Source: Chryseobacterium gleum
GTDB taxonomy: Bacteria > Bacteroidota > Bacteroidia > Flavobacteriales_C > GCA-002722245
Length of the DNA: 55,142 nt
Direction of reading: 5' to 3'
Assembly (NCBI GenBank): GCA_945871895.1
Contig: CAMBXP010000004.1
Location: 1-55,142, forward strand
Shown here one piece after another: positions 18,339 to 26,182 of this stretch. The translations under genes and the position numbers were made by a program. The notes under the pieces are model-generated. The model saw nothing but the letters and a program-made list of their open reading frames with translations, did no database searches and was not told where the DNA came from. Position 1 is the first letter of the stretch. Each line of letters opens with the position of its first letter.

Positions 18339-19316
18339 ATGTTGCCTTTTTTTCAAAGAGTTATCGTTCGCGAAAGTGCCCGTTTGGTGAAAAAAATAAA
18401 ACACCGAACAGGCTCTACAGATAGCGAAGACGTTAGCAAACAAGCCCGTCACCGCGTTGTTTCCATCACGTACATCATCAAAGGTTTAATTTTAATTTCG
18501 CTGGGTATTTTCGCAGCTGCTTTCGGGCTCAAAGGCTTTCTTCTCCCCTCTCATTTTGTAGATGGTGGCGTTACCGGAATTTCACTTTTGTTGCAAGCGC
18601 ACTTTAAAGTATCTCTTTCGTGGTTCATCGTGCTCATCAACATTCCCTTTATTTTATTGGCGTTTACACAAGTAGGAAAGCGCTTCGCCATTAGAAGTAT
18701 CACCTCTATTTTAGGATTGGCGATTGTTGTAGCCTTTGTAGATTTTCCTGAAATTACCAAAGACAAATTATTAGTTTCTGTTTTTGGCGGATTCTTTTTG
18801 GGTGCGGGTATCGGCCTATCGATGAGAGGCGGTGCAGTGCTCGATGGAACAGAAATCTTGGCCATTTACATCAGCAGAAAAGTGGGCTTAACGATTGGGG
18901 ATGTTATCATTTTATTTAACGTCGTTATCTTTTTAGTCGCAGCATATCTCCTTAAAATTGAATACGCCCTCTACTCCATGCTCACCTATTTCATCGCTTC
19001 TAAAACAGTTGATTTCATCGTAGAAGGTATGGAAGAATATATTGGTGTTACTATCATCTCCAACAAGCACGAAGAAATTAGGAAAATGCTTGTGGAGGAT
19101 ATGGGCCGAGGCGTTACCATTTACCAAGGAAGCGGAGGATACAACGCTAATGGCCACAACAAAACCTACCAAGTTATTTACACCATTGTTACGCGATTGG
19201 AGATGTCGAGATTGCGCAAAGAATTGGATGAAATCGACCCTAATGCTTTTATGGTCACTACGGGTGTGAAGGATATTAAAGGGGGAATGATTAAGAGGAA
19301 GGGTGGGAAGAAATAA
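18339..19316 (+). CDS. YitT-family membrane protein (DUF2179 C-terminal domain)
   Basis: ORF 18318..19316 begins at TTG inside the upstream hairpin, so I prefer ATG 18339. Multiple TM helices. YitT-like GGVTGISLL and GGAVLDGTEI motifs. C-terminal DUF2179-like GVTIYQGSGGY ... MVTTGVKDIKGG. Confidence 0.85.
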   Translation: MLPFFQRVIVRESARLVKKIKHRTGSTDSEDVSKQARHRVVSITYIIKGLILISLGIFAAAFGLKGFLLPSHFVDGGVTGISLLLQAHFKVSLSWFIVLINIPFILLAFTQVGKRFAIRSITSILGLAIVVAFVDFPEITKDKLLVSVFGGFFLGAGIGLSMRGGAVLDGTEILAIYISRKVGLTIGDVIILFNVVIFLVAAYLLKIEYALYSMLTYFIASKTVDFIVEGMEEYIGVTIISNKHEEIRKMLVEDMGRGVTIYQGSGGYNANGHNKTYQVIYTIVTRLEMSRLRKELDEIDPNAFMVTTGVKDIKGGMIKRKGGKK

Positions 19317-19381
19317 CGCCCACAATTTGCAAATCAAAATCTTATTACTTACCTTTAGCGTTAGTATCGTTAAGCGTTATC

Positions 19382-19663
19382 ATGATTATTTCCTTTGGTT
19401 CAAAAGACACACAGAAAATTTGGGAAGGAGAAAGAGTAAAAAAGCCTTCAATTGAATTGCAAGAAATTGCAAGAAGAAAATTGAGAATGCTCAACAACTC
19501 GCAAAATATAATGGATTTGCAAATTCCACCTTCCAACAAATTGGAAAAACTTAAAGGAAATTTAAAAGGATATCACTCCATCAGAATTAACGATCAATGG
19601 AGAATTATCTTTAAATGGATTAACGGAAATGCAGAAAAAGTTGAAATACTAGATTACCACTAA
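19382..19663 (+). CDS. higB: Type II toxin HigB (RelE/ParE superfamily, killer protein)
   Basis: 93 aa. The family pattern FGSKDTQKIW ... RRKLRMLNN ... LEKLKGNLKGYHSIRINDQWRIIF is typical of HigB-like toxins. The toxin gene precedes the antitoxin gene with a 1-nt gap. Confidence 0.85.
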   Translation: MIISFGSKDTQKIWEGERVKKPSIELQEIARRKLRMLNNSQNIMDLQIPPSNKLEKLKGNLKGYHSIRINDQWRIIFKWINGNAEKVEILDYH

Positions 19664-19664
19664 T

Positions 19665-19964
19665 ATGGCAAAATTAAAAAACATACACCCTGGCGAAGTG
19701 CTTCAAGAAGAATTCTTGTTGCCTTTAAACATTAGTGCCTACCGTTTGGCAAAAGACATTGCCATACCACAAACCAGAATTTCTGAAATCATAAAAGGAA
19801 ACAGAAGAATAACGGCTGATACAGCTTTGCGACTTTCTTTGTATTTCGGTAATTCCCCAAAATTTTGGCTCGGTTTACAAGATGATTATGATATTGAAGA
19901 AGAAAACAATCATAAAACACAAGAGTTTAAAACAATAAAACCGCACACCAAAAATGCTGCTTAA
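19665..19964 (+). CDS. higA: Type II antitoxin HigA (XRE-family HTH)
   Basis: 99 aa. HPGEVLQEEFL ... ISAYRLAKDIAIPQTRISEIIKGNRRITADTALRLSLYFGNSPKFWLGLQ is the canonical HigA HTH. Confidence 0.85.
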   Translation: MAKLKNIHPGEVLQEEFLLPLNISAYRLAKDIAIPQTRISEIIKGNRRITADTALRLSLYFGNSPKFWLGLQDDYDIEEENNHKTQEFKTIKPHTKNAA

Positions 19965-20637
19965 GAATAAAATAGTAGTACTACTCATTTTTGCTTCTCC
20001 TATTATTTTTCTTTCCTTTTCGAAAAAAGAAAAAGAAGATACGTTTTATTTTAAGAATATTGAGAAGGGCATGTTTTTGATCCCGGGGGCTGGATGAATA
20101 TTGATCATAAATGCAAAAACTCACTTGGGTGCTTCCCTGCAACAGTTTGCAAGCAAATTGAAACAGACAGCTTTTATCTCTCTAATCATGGGCAGGCAGA
20201 AATATATTGGCAATAGCTAAGGAATAAATACATCAGGGCTGAAAAAAGAAAATATAAAAATGTGTTTTTAAAATTACCAACAAACAACCAATGGATTTAT
20301 GCTGCAGAAGGAGGAAGTGGACTTAATAAATGGACAATACATTGTGAATCCCAACGACATTAGTCGATGTAGAAGATTCGACGGCAATATGGAACGTTGG
20401 GGTTATGTCACAGAGGATAAAACTGCTCCCGTTATATCTAAATACCCAAACCAACTCAAAATCTACCATCTCGCCAGCAACGTTGAAGAATACATGCAAG
20501 AAAAAGGAATCATCAAAGGAGGAGGATGGAAGGACACAGGATATTATTTACAAAATTTTGTGAGTCAAACTTACGATTCAACAAATGCTACTTCAGAAGA
20601 CCGTGCATTTAGAGTAGCAATGGAGATTATTAAATAA
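19954..20637 (+). pseudogene. Frame-disrupted FGE-sulfatase (SUMF1/formylglycine-generating-enzyme fold) lipoprotein gene
   Basis: ATG 19954 opens MLLKNKIVVLLIFASPIIFLSFSKKEKEDTFYFKNIEKGMFLIPGAG, which stops at TGA 20095-20097. Family motifs continue in other frames (ETDSFYLSNH..AEIYW; LPTNNQWIYAAEGGSG) and in ORF 20299..20637 (PNQLKIYHLASNVEEYM, GGGWKD, RAFRVAM). There are at least three frame breaks. Confidence 0.65.
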
Positions 20638-20666
20638 TTTTTCTCGTTTTTCGGGTGTGCACTCTA

Positions 20667-20791
20667 CATGGCGCGGGTCTCCAGACCCGCGACCTACTTA
20701 CTCCGGCATTTTCAATGCCTATCCCAAAACATTAATTAGACAATACAATTGTCGGAGTAGAGAAGTCACGGGTCTGGAGACCCGCGCCATG
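20667..20791. repeat. 125-bp palindromic element with 39-nt terminal inverted repeats, each arm carrying its own GC hairpin
   Basis: CATGGCGCGGGTCTCCAGACCCGCGACCTACTTACTCCG (20667-20705) versus CGGAGTAGAGAAGTCACGGGTCTGGAGACCCGCGCCATG (20753-20791): 34/39 complementary. Internal hairpin CGGGTCT-CC-AGACCCG in each arm. Confidence 0.8.
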
Positions 20792-20820
20792 GGTTGGTTA
20801 ATCTACTTTAAATTATCAAA

Positions 20821-20918
20821 CAGTACAGATCTGTAGGGGCGATCTGCCGCTCGCCCGTGAATAGAAAAATCAAAACAATCCTTGCGGGCGAGCGGCAGCT
20901 CGCCCCTACGAAGTACTG
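20821..20918. repeat. REPIN-like inverted doublet GTAGGGGCG...25 nt / 27-nt spacer / ...CGCCCCTAC
   Basis: Arms 20833-20857 and 20885-20909 are complementary at 24/25 positions. Each arm is itself a hairpin (GGGCGAGC-GGCA-GCTCGCCC). Outer CAGTAC/GTACTG flanks also pair. Confidence 0.8.
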
Positions 20919-20974
20919 CACTTAATTTTATGTTTCAGGTTTAAACCTTATTTTTGCCGCACAATCACATTATC

Positions 20975-22213
20975 ATGAAATATTCAAAAGCATTCATCCA
21001 TACAGAAAGAACCATCAACGATAAGTTAGATGCAACAAGTCATAAATTAAGCATTCAAGCCGGATTGATTCAGCAGGTATCAGCGGGGTTGTATGATTTC
21101 TTGCCTCTCGGACACAAAGTATTAGCAAAAATAGAAAGTGTCATTCGCGAAGAATTAAACGCTATTGATTGTCAGGAAATTTCTATGCCTATCGTTCAAC
21201 CTAAGGAACTGTGGGAAGAATCGGGCCGCTGGAATGTGTACGGAAAAGAGATGTTGAAATTTAAAAATCGTGATGACAGAGAATTTTGTTTCGGTCCAAC
21301 ACACGAAGAAGTAGTAATCGATTTAGTGCGCACCAAAATAACATCCTACAAACAATTTCCTTTTACACTTTACCAAATTGGCAGAAAATTTCGCGATGAA
21401 ATGCGACCAAAAAATGGCTTGCTACGCGGTAAAGAATTCATGATGAAAGATGCATACAGCTTCCACACATCAAACGAAGATTTAGATAGAGAATACAATG
21501 CTTTACGCACAGCATATTTCAATATTTTTAGTCGATTAGGATTGAAAGTAATTGGTATACCAGCCGACCCAGGTGAAATTGGTGGAGATGGCAGTGAAGA
21601 AGTGGTAGCATTCTCAAAATTTGGTGAAGATTATTTCATCGAAGAAAATGGCGTTGCTACCAAAATTGAAGAAAATGAAGTAGAGAAATATTCTGCTACA
21701 CATGAGGTTTATCGTGGTATTGAGGTAGGACACATCTTCAAACTGGGCACCAAATATTCATCTGCCATGAACTTCAATTTTGTGAACAGAGAAGGCAAAA
21801 AAGAACCTGTAATTATGGGTTGCTACGGTATTGGGGTGAGCCGAATTGTAAACGCCATTTTAGAACAAAACAACGACGAAAAAGGAATCAAATGGCCAGT
21901 GGCTGTGGCTCCTTACGTACTATCAATTATTCCTTTAAAATACCAAGGTTCTGAATTTGAACCAGTAGCTTTAGAATTGGAAAAAGCTTTTGAAAAAGCA
22001 GGTGTTTCAACTTTGGTTGACGACCGCGATATGGGCATGGGCGCTAAAATTAAAGACAGCGATTTAATTGGTGTACCATTCAAAATAATTTTAGGAAGAC
22101 GTTTCAGTGAAGCCAAAGAATTCGAATTGGAATTTAGAGCAACGGGTGAGAAAAAAGTTTTGGTGTACAAGGGTGAAGAAACGGTGAAGGAAATATTGGA
22201 ATTGATTAAGTAA
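20975..22213 (+). CDS. proS: Proline--tRNA ligase, bacterial-type catalytic core without the INS editing domain
   Basis: ORF 20954..22213 starts at TTG; I prefer ATG 20975 (MKYSKAFIHT). Motif 2 FRDEMRPKNGLLRGKEFMMKDAYSF. Motif 3 GCYGIGVSRIVNAILEQ. Anticodon-binding domain (WPVAVAPYVLSIIP, DDRDMGMGAKIKDSDLIGVP). Only ~85 aa lie between motif 2 and GIEVGHIFKLGTKYS. Confidence 0.85.
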   Translation: MKYSKAFIHTERTINDKLDATSHKLSIQAGLIQQVSAGLYDFLPLGHKVLAKIESVIREELNAIDCQEISMPIVQPKELWEESGRWNVYGKEMLKFKNRDDREFCFGPTHEEVVIDLVRTKITSYKQFPFTLYQIGRKFRDEMRPKNGLLRGKEFMMKDAYSFHTSNEDLDREYNALRTAYFNIFSRLGLKVIGIPADPGEIGGDGSEEVVAFSKFGEDYFIEENGVATKIEENEVEKYSATHEVYRGIEVGHIFKLGTKYSSAMNFNFVNREGKKEPVIMGCYGIGVSRIVNAILEQNNDEKGIKWPVAVAPYVLSIIPLKYQGSEFEPVALELEKAFEKAGVSTLVDDRDMGMGAKIKDSDLIGVPFKIILGRRFSEAKEFELEFRATGEKKVLVYKGEETVKEILELIK

Positions 22214-22215
22214 TT

Positions 22216-22241
22216 GTAGGGCGAAAAATTTTTCGCCCCTA
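22216..22241. terminator. GTAG-headed GC/AT hairpin between convergent genes (possible bidirectional terminator)
   Basis: GTAGGGCGAAAAA/TTTTTCGCCCCTA is a near-perfect palindrome with one extra C. There is no separate U-run. It has the same GTAGGG...CCCTA ends as the REPIN-like elements. Confidence 0.45.
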
Positions 22242-22310
22242 TTGCACACCATCATGTGCCCGCCGCCATGAATCGTATAATCTACTTTCACAAAACGAGC
22301 CAGCAAGAGC

Positions 22311-22748
22311 TCAATTTACAAACAAACCATAAATTAAATATGAAATACTTGTTACTGCAAAGCTCCAAGCAATCGGCGTTAGTATAAGAACTGGAATTAC
22401 TGCTTTGTGTTTACCAAAATACTTGGCCACTAAAATTACCGCTGCAGGCACAGAAATTATTCCCATTAAGGAAGCCATACCCACCAAGCCAAAACGGTTT
22501 TTAATTCTTACTGTTCTTCTATTCTGCTTGGTAAATACTTTTTTTGGTTTCTTACTTTTAAAGAGGGATAGAATTTTCTTTCCTGAGAAGAAAAATACCA
22601 ACGCGCCAAAAACTCCTCCCGATGAGGTAATAATGATAGTAGTCCAAAACGATTGACCTGCCGCTATCATCCCCATAGGAGTAAACAATATTTTCACTCC
22701 ACTCAATAAAAACAAAGTGACGGCCTCTATAATCCCAATCTCAAGCAT
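22311..22748 (-). CDS. Hypothetical small integral membrane protein (4 predicted TM helices)
   Basis: 145 aa. Hydrophobic segments flank a basic loop (KSKKPKKVFTKQNRRTVRIKNR). No family recognised with confidence. Confidence 0.6.
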   Translation of the reverse strand: MLEIGIIEAVTLFLLSGVKILFTPMGMIAAGQSFWTTIIITSSGGVFGALVFFFSGKKILSLFKSKKPKKVFTKQNRRTVRIKNRFGLVGMASLMGIISVPAAVILVAKYFGKHKAVIPVLILTPIAWSFAVTSISYLIYGLFVN

Positions 22749-22818
22749 GGGCTAAAAGTGCGGAAAACTATTGAAAATAAAAATTTATAGAAGTTAAAAT
22801 ATATTTATAGTTTTAGGT

Positions 22819-23235
22819 ATGAAATACTTTGTGCTACTAATACTATCGGCGACTTTATCCTTTAATTCTTGCACCGCTCCCTCTACTAAAGAATCCTCTG
22901 TTTTAGTGAACACTTGGATTTTCAATGGCGAAAAAATAACCACCAACAAAACAGGTTATGTTGTTACTGATACCCGCTACGACAAATACAAATACATGGA
23001 TTTATACAGCAACGGTGGCGGTAGTTTATGGGGTGGCGCAGCTATTTTAGATGGCGTTGTGAGTTGGAATGAAAAAGCTAAAATTTTGGAGCTGCAAGCC
23101 AAAAATGATGGCGGTGCTTTACTAAATGTAGAAAAATACGATATCGACAGCGTAAGTGCATTGTATTTAAAAATGACCTGCAGCGAAGAGCACAACGATA
23201 CTCTTATAGTTAAAGAATTACTGTTTAAAAGGTAA
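22819..23235 (+). CDS. Hypothetical lipoprotein (138 aa)
   Basis: Lipoprotein signal MKYFVLLILSATLSFNSC. No family recognised. Confidence 0.6.
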   Translation: MKYFVLLILSATLSFNSCTAPSTKESSVLVNTWIFNGEKITTNKTGYVVTDTRYDKYKYMDLYSNGGGSLWGGAAILDGVVSWNEKAKILELQAKNDGGALLNVEKYDIDSVSALYLKMTCSEEHNDTLIVKELLFKR

Positions 23236-23236
23236 T

Positions 23237-24415
23237 TTATTTAAACGCCGAAATTCCCGTTACATCATGCCCTGTAATCAACAAATGAATGTCGTGTGTT
23301 CCTTCATAAGTAATTACCGATTCTAAATTCATCATGTGACGCATAATTGGATATTCACCTGTGATGCCCATTGCGCCATGAATCTGACGCGCCTCACGAG
23401 CAATCTCTAAAGCCATATTAACATTGTTTCTTTTGGCCATAGAAATTTGAGCTGTAGTTGCCTTACCCTGATTTTTTAAAGTACCTAAACGCCAAACCAA
23501 CAATTGCGCTTTGGTAATTTCGGTAATCATTTCGGCCAATTTCTTTTGTTGCAATTGAAAGGAAGCCAATGGTTTTTCAAATTGCATTCTTTCTTGAGAA
23601 TATCTTAAAGCCGAATCGTAGCAATCCATTGCTGCACCAATTGCTCCCCATGCAATACCATAACGTGCAGAATCTAAACAACCCAGCGGAGCGCCCAAAC
23701 CATCTTTATTAGGCAATAAATTCTCTTTCGGAACTTTCACATTGTCAAATACCAATTCTCCGGTAGCCGATGCGCGTAAAGACCATTTGCCATGCGTCTC
23801 AGGCGTAGTGAAACCGGGCATACCACGTTCTACAATTATTCCTTTAATGCGACCTTCTTCATTTTTTGCCCACACCACAGCGATATCAGCAAAAGGTGCA
23901 TTCGATATCCACATCTTCGCACCATTCAATAAATAATGATCGCCTTTGTCTTTAATATTGGTTACCATTCCGCTGGGATTCGAACCATGGTCGGGTTCTG
24001 TCAACCCAAAACAACCCATCATCTCACCGGTAGCCAACTTTGGCAAATATTTTTTACGTTGTTCTTCAGAACCATAAGCATAAATAGGATACATCACCAA
24101 TGAGGATTGTACCGATGCGGTAGATCGAATTCCAGAGTCTCCTCTTTCTAATTCTTGCATGATTAAACCATAAGAAATATGATCCAATCCCGCTCCACCA
24201 TATTCTTGTGGAATATAGGGTCCAAAGGCACCAATTTCACCCAAGCCTTTCAATAAATGTTTGGGGAAAATCGCTTTCTGACAATGGTCTTCAATAATTG
24301 GAGAAACCTCTTTACTAACCCACTGGCGCGCTGCATCGCGCACCATCTTTTGCTCATCGCTCAACAACTCATCAATATTGTAATAATCTACCCCTTTAAA
24401 TTGATTCTTGCTCAT
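23237..24415 (-). CDS. gcdH: Glutaryl-CoA dehydrogenase (acyl-CoA dehydrogenase family)
   Basis: ORF 23237..24454 trimmed to ATG 24415 (MSKNQFKGVDYY). Long collinear match to GCDH signature blocks: ELERGDSGIRS..SVQSSLVMYPIYAYGSEEQRKKYLPKLATGEMMGCFGLTEPDHGSNPS ... GAKMWISNAPFADIAVVWAK. Confidence 0.9.
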   Translation of the reverse strand: MSKNQFKGVDYYNIDELLSDEQKMVRDAARQWVSKEVSPIIEDHCQKAIFPKHLLKGLGEIGAFGPYIPQEYGGAGLDHISYGLIMQELERGDSGIRSTASVQSSLVMYPIYAYGSEEQRKKYLPKLATGEMMGCFGLTEPDHGSNPSGMVTNIKDKGDHYLLNGAKMWISNAPFADIAVVWAKNEEGRIKGIIVERGMPGFTTPETHGKWSLRASATGELVFDNVKVPKENLLPNKDGLGAPLGCLDSARYGIAWGAIGAAMDCYDSALRYSQERMQFEKPLASFQLQQKKLAEMITEITKAQLLVWRLGTLKNQGKATTAQISMAKRNNVNMALEIAREARQIHGAMGITGEYPIMRHMMNLESVITYEGTHDIHLLITGHDVTGISAFK

Positions 24416-24522
24416 GACTTTTGATTTATAAATTGAAGATACACTTTTAAGCAATTTAATTTTTACGATGCTCGAAAATTTTTATTATTTCATACCTTAG
24501 CAACGCACAAAAAAACAATTAA

Positions 24523-25239
24523 ATGAACGCCATTCCTAAAATACAACCACACGGAGATTGGTTAATTGGCGTTCTTCTTTTCATCACTGTGCTTTTTGCT
24601 TCCACCATATATTCTTACAGAAAATTAATGTGGAAGGCCATTCTATCTGGATTTTTTAAGCAATACTACATCAGCTTGCAGCGAGAAGAAAATGAGATTT
24701 ATAAAAAAGTGTCGGCCCGACTCAATTTCATATCCCTTTTGGTTTTGGCTTTGTTTATTTATTTGTGGCTGCACAAAACCAATTTACAGGCCCCATTATG
24801 GTACATAAAAATGAACGGCTATATTTTCAAAGGCTTTTCATTGTACTTGCTGCTCTTTGCAATAGTCACCTTCCTTGTATTTTTGCAAATTACTATTATC
24901 CGCTTTTTGGCGTTTATTTTCAACACGCAAAACGAAGCCAAGGAGCATGAATTCAATTTATGGCTCATTTACAAGTTATTGGGAGTTTATAGTCTGCCTC
25001 TTGTTTTTTTTATTGCGTACTCTAACGACACTATCGCTTCATTCCTATTGTATTTCAGCCTTATACTCTTTGCAGCTGTATTGCTCAGAAGATATTTTAT
25101 TGGGTTTAAGTTGGGTTTAAGCATGAATTCGTTTCCAAAAATCTATTCAATTTTGTATATTTGCACTTTAGAAATTTTGCCCATAGCAATATTGGTGAAA
25201 TTGTATAAAACTGAGATTCAAACGATACTAAGTTTTTAA
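24523..25239 (+). CDS. DUF4271-like polytopic membrane protein
   Basis: 238 aa with about 6 TM helices. It sits immediately upstream of a hemD-like gene, the usual Bacteroidota arrangement for DUF4271. Confidence 0.65.
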   Translation: MNAIPKIQPHGDWLIGVLLFITVLFASTIYSYRKLMWKAILSGFFKQYYISLQREENEIYKKVSARLNFISLLVLALFIYLWLHKTNLQAPLWYIKMNGYIFKGFSLYLLLFAIVTFLVFLQITIIRFLAFIFNTQNEAKEHEFNLWLIYKLLGVYSLPLVFFIAYSNDTIASFLLYFSLILFAAVLLRRYFIGFKLGLSMNSFPKIYSILYICTLEILPIAILVKLYKTEIQTILSF

Positions 25240-25249
25240 AAGGTATTAA

Positions 25250-25990
25250 ATGAAGAAAGTGCAAAGTATTTTGGTGTCGCAACCAGAGCCAGATGACGCA
25301 AAATCTCCTTACGGCGAGTTAGCAAGTAAATATAAACTGAAAATTGATTTTCGCTCTTTTATACACGTAGAGGGCGTTGACATTAAAGAATTCAGGAAAC
25401 AAAAAATTAATATTCCCGATTATACCGCGGTGATTTTAACCAGCAAGAATGCGGTAGATCATTATTTCCGCGTTGCAGAAGAAGTACGTTTTACGGTGCC
25501 CGATACCATGAAATATTTTTGTATTAGTGAGGCTGTGGCCTTCTACCTTCAAAAATATGTGGTGTACCGCAAAAGAAAGATTTTCCACGGCAAACAAACT
25601 TTTCCCGATTTGATGGAACTCATCAAAAAACACAAAACTGAAAAGTACTTGTTGCCTTCCTCTGATATTTTAGTGCCTATCATACCTGAATTGCTAGACA
25701 AAGCTGGAATCGACTACAGCAGAGCTGTTCTATTTAACACAGTAGCCAGCGACTTGAGTGATTTAGAAAATGTATTCTACGACTTATTGGTGTTCTATTC
25801 TCCTGCCGGGATTGAATCGTTATTTAAAAACTTCCCTAAGTTCAAGCAAAACAAAACTTTGATTGCAGCTTATGGCGAAAGCACCAAAAAAGCAGTAGAA
25901 AAAGCAGGTTTAAAATTAAATATTGCCGCTCCGCAAGATGCGCCATCTATGACTATGGCCATTGAGAAATACATCAAGGCTAACAAATAA
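25250..25990 (+). CDS. hemD: Uroporphyrinogen-III synthase (HemD) family protein
   Basis: 246 aa. ILVSQPEPDDAKSPY ... VILTSKNAVDHYF ... FYSPAGIESLF matches the Bacteroidota HemD-like family. Confidence 0.75.
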   Translation: MKKVQSILVSQPEPDDAKSPYGELASKYKLKIDFRSFIHVEGVDIKEFRKQKINIPDYTAVILTSKNAVDHYFRVAEEVRFTVPDTMKYFCISEAVAFYLQKYVVYRKRKIFHGKQTFPDLMELIKKHKTEKYLLPSSDILVPIIPELLDKAGIDYSRAVLFNTVASDLSDLENVFYDLLVFYSPAGIESLFKNFPKFKQNKTLIAAYGESTKKAVEKAGLKLNIAAPQDAPSMTMAIEKYIKANK

Positions 25991-25993
25991 AAC

Positions 25994-26182
25994 ATGCTGG
26001 CTAAACTCAAAATTTTTGAAGTAGTTTGGCTTCTGCTCTTTGGCCTTAGCACCTGCACATTTTTGTACATCTTTCTTCAAAAGGATTTTTCAAATGCAGC
26101 CAATTGGCTATTGCTCATGGCTGTTTCGGCCTTCTTCTACTTTCGTAGGCGCAAAATCAGAAAAGAACTAAACCAGCAATAA
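25994..26182 (+). CDS. Hypothetical small membrane protein (62 aa, 2 TM)
   Basis: Two hydrophobic helices and a basic tail. Its stop codon abuts the next gene's ATG (TAAATG). There is no conservation evidence. Confidence 0.4.
   Translation: MLAKLKIFEVVWLLLFGLSTCTFLYIFLQKDFSNAANWLLLMAVSAFFYFRRRKIRKELNQQ

Noticed and set aside
18551-19539. Antisense and overlapping ORFs 18551..18865, 18933..19337, 19042..19269 and 19345..19539.
   Set aside because: They overlap the well-supported YitT-family gene or the higB start on the other strand or frame, and they have no motifs. They are shadow ORFs.
20641-20950. Possible CRISPR-like or tandem repeat array because of several GC-rich repeats close together.
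   Set aside because: The repeats are inverted rather than direct, belong to two unrelated families, have no regular repeat-spacer periodicity, and no cas genes are present.
24765-25120. Alternative-frame ORFs 24765..24950 and 24875..25120 inside the DUF4271-like gene.
   Set aside because: They are same-strand out-of-frame ORFs within a longer ORF that encodes regular TM helices and sits in its usual position upstream of hemD.
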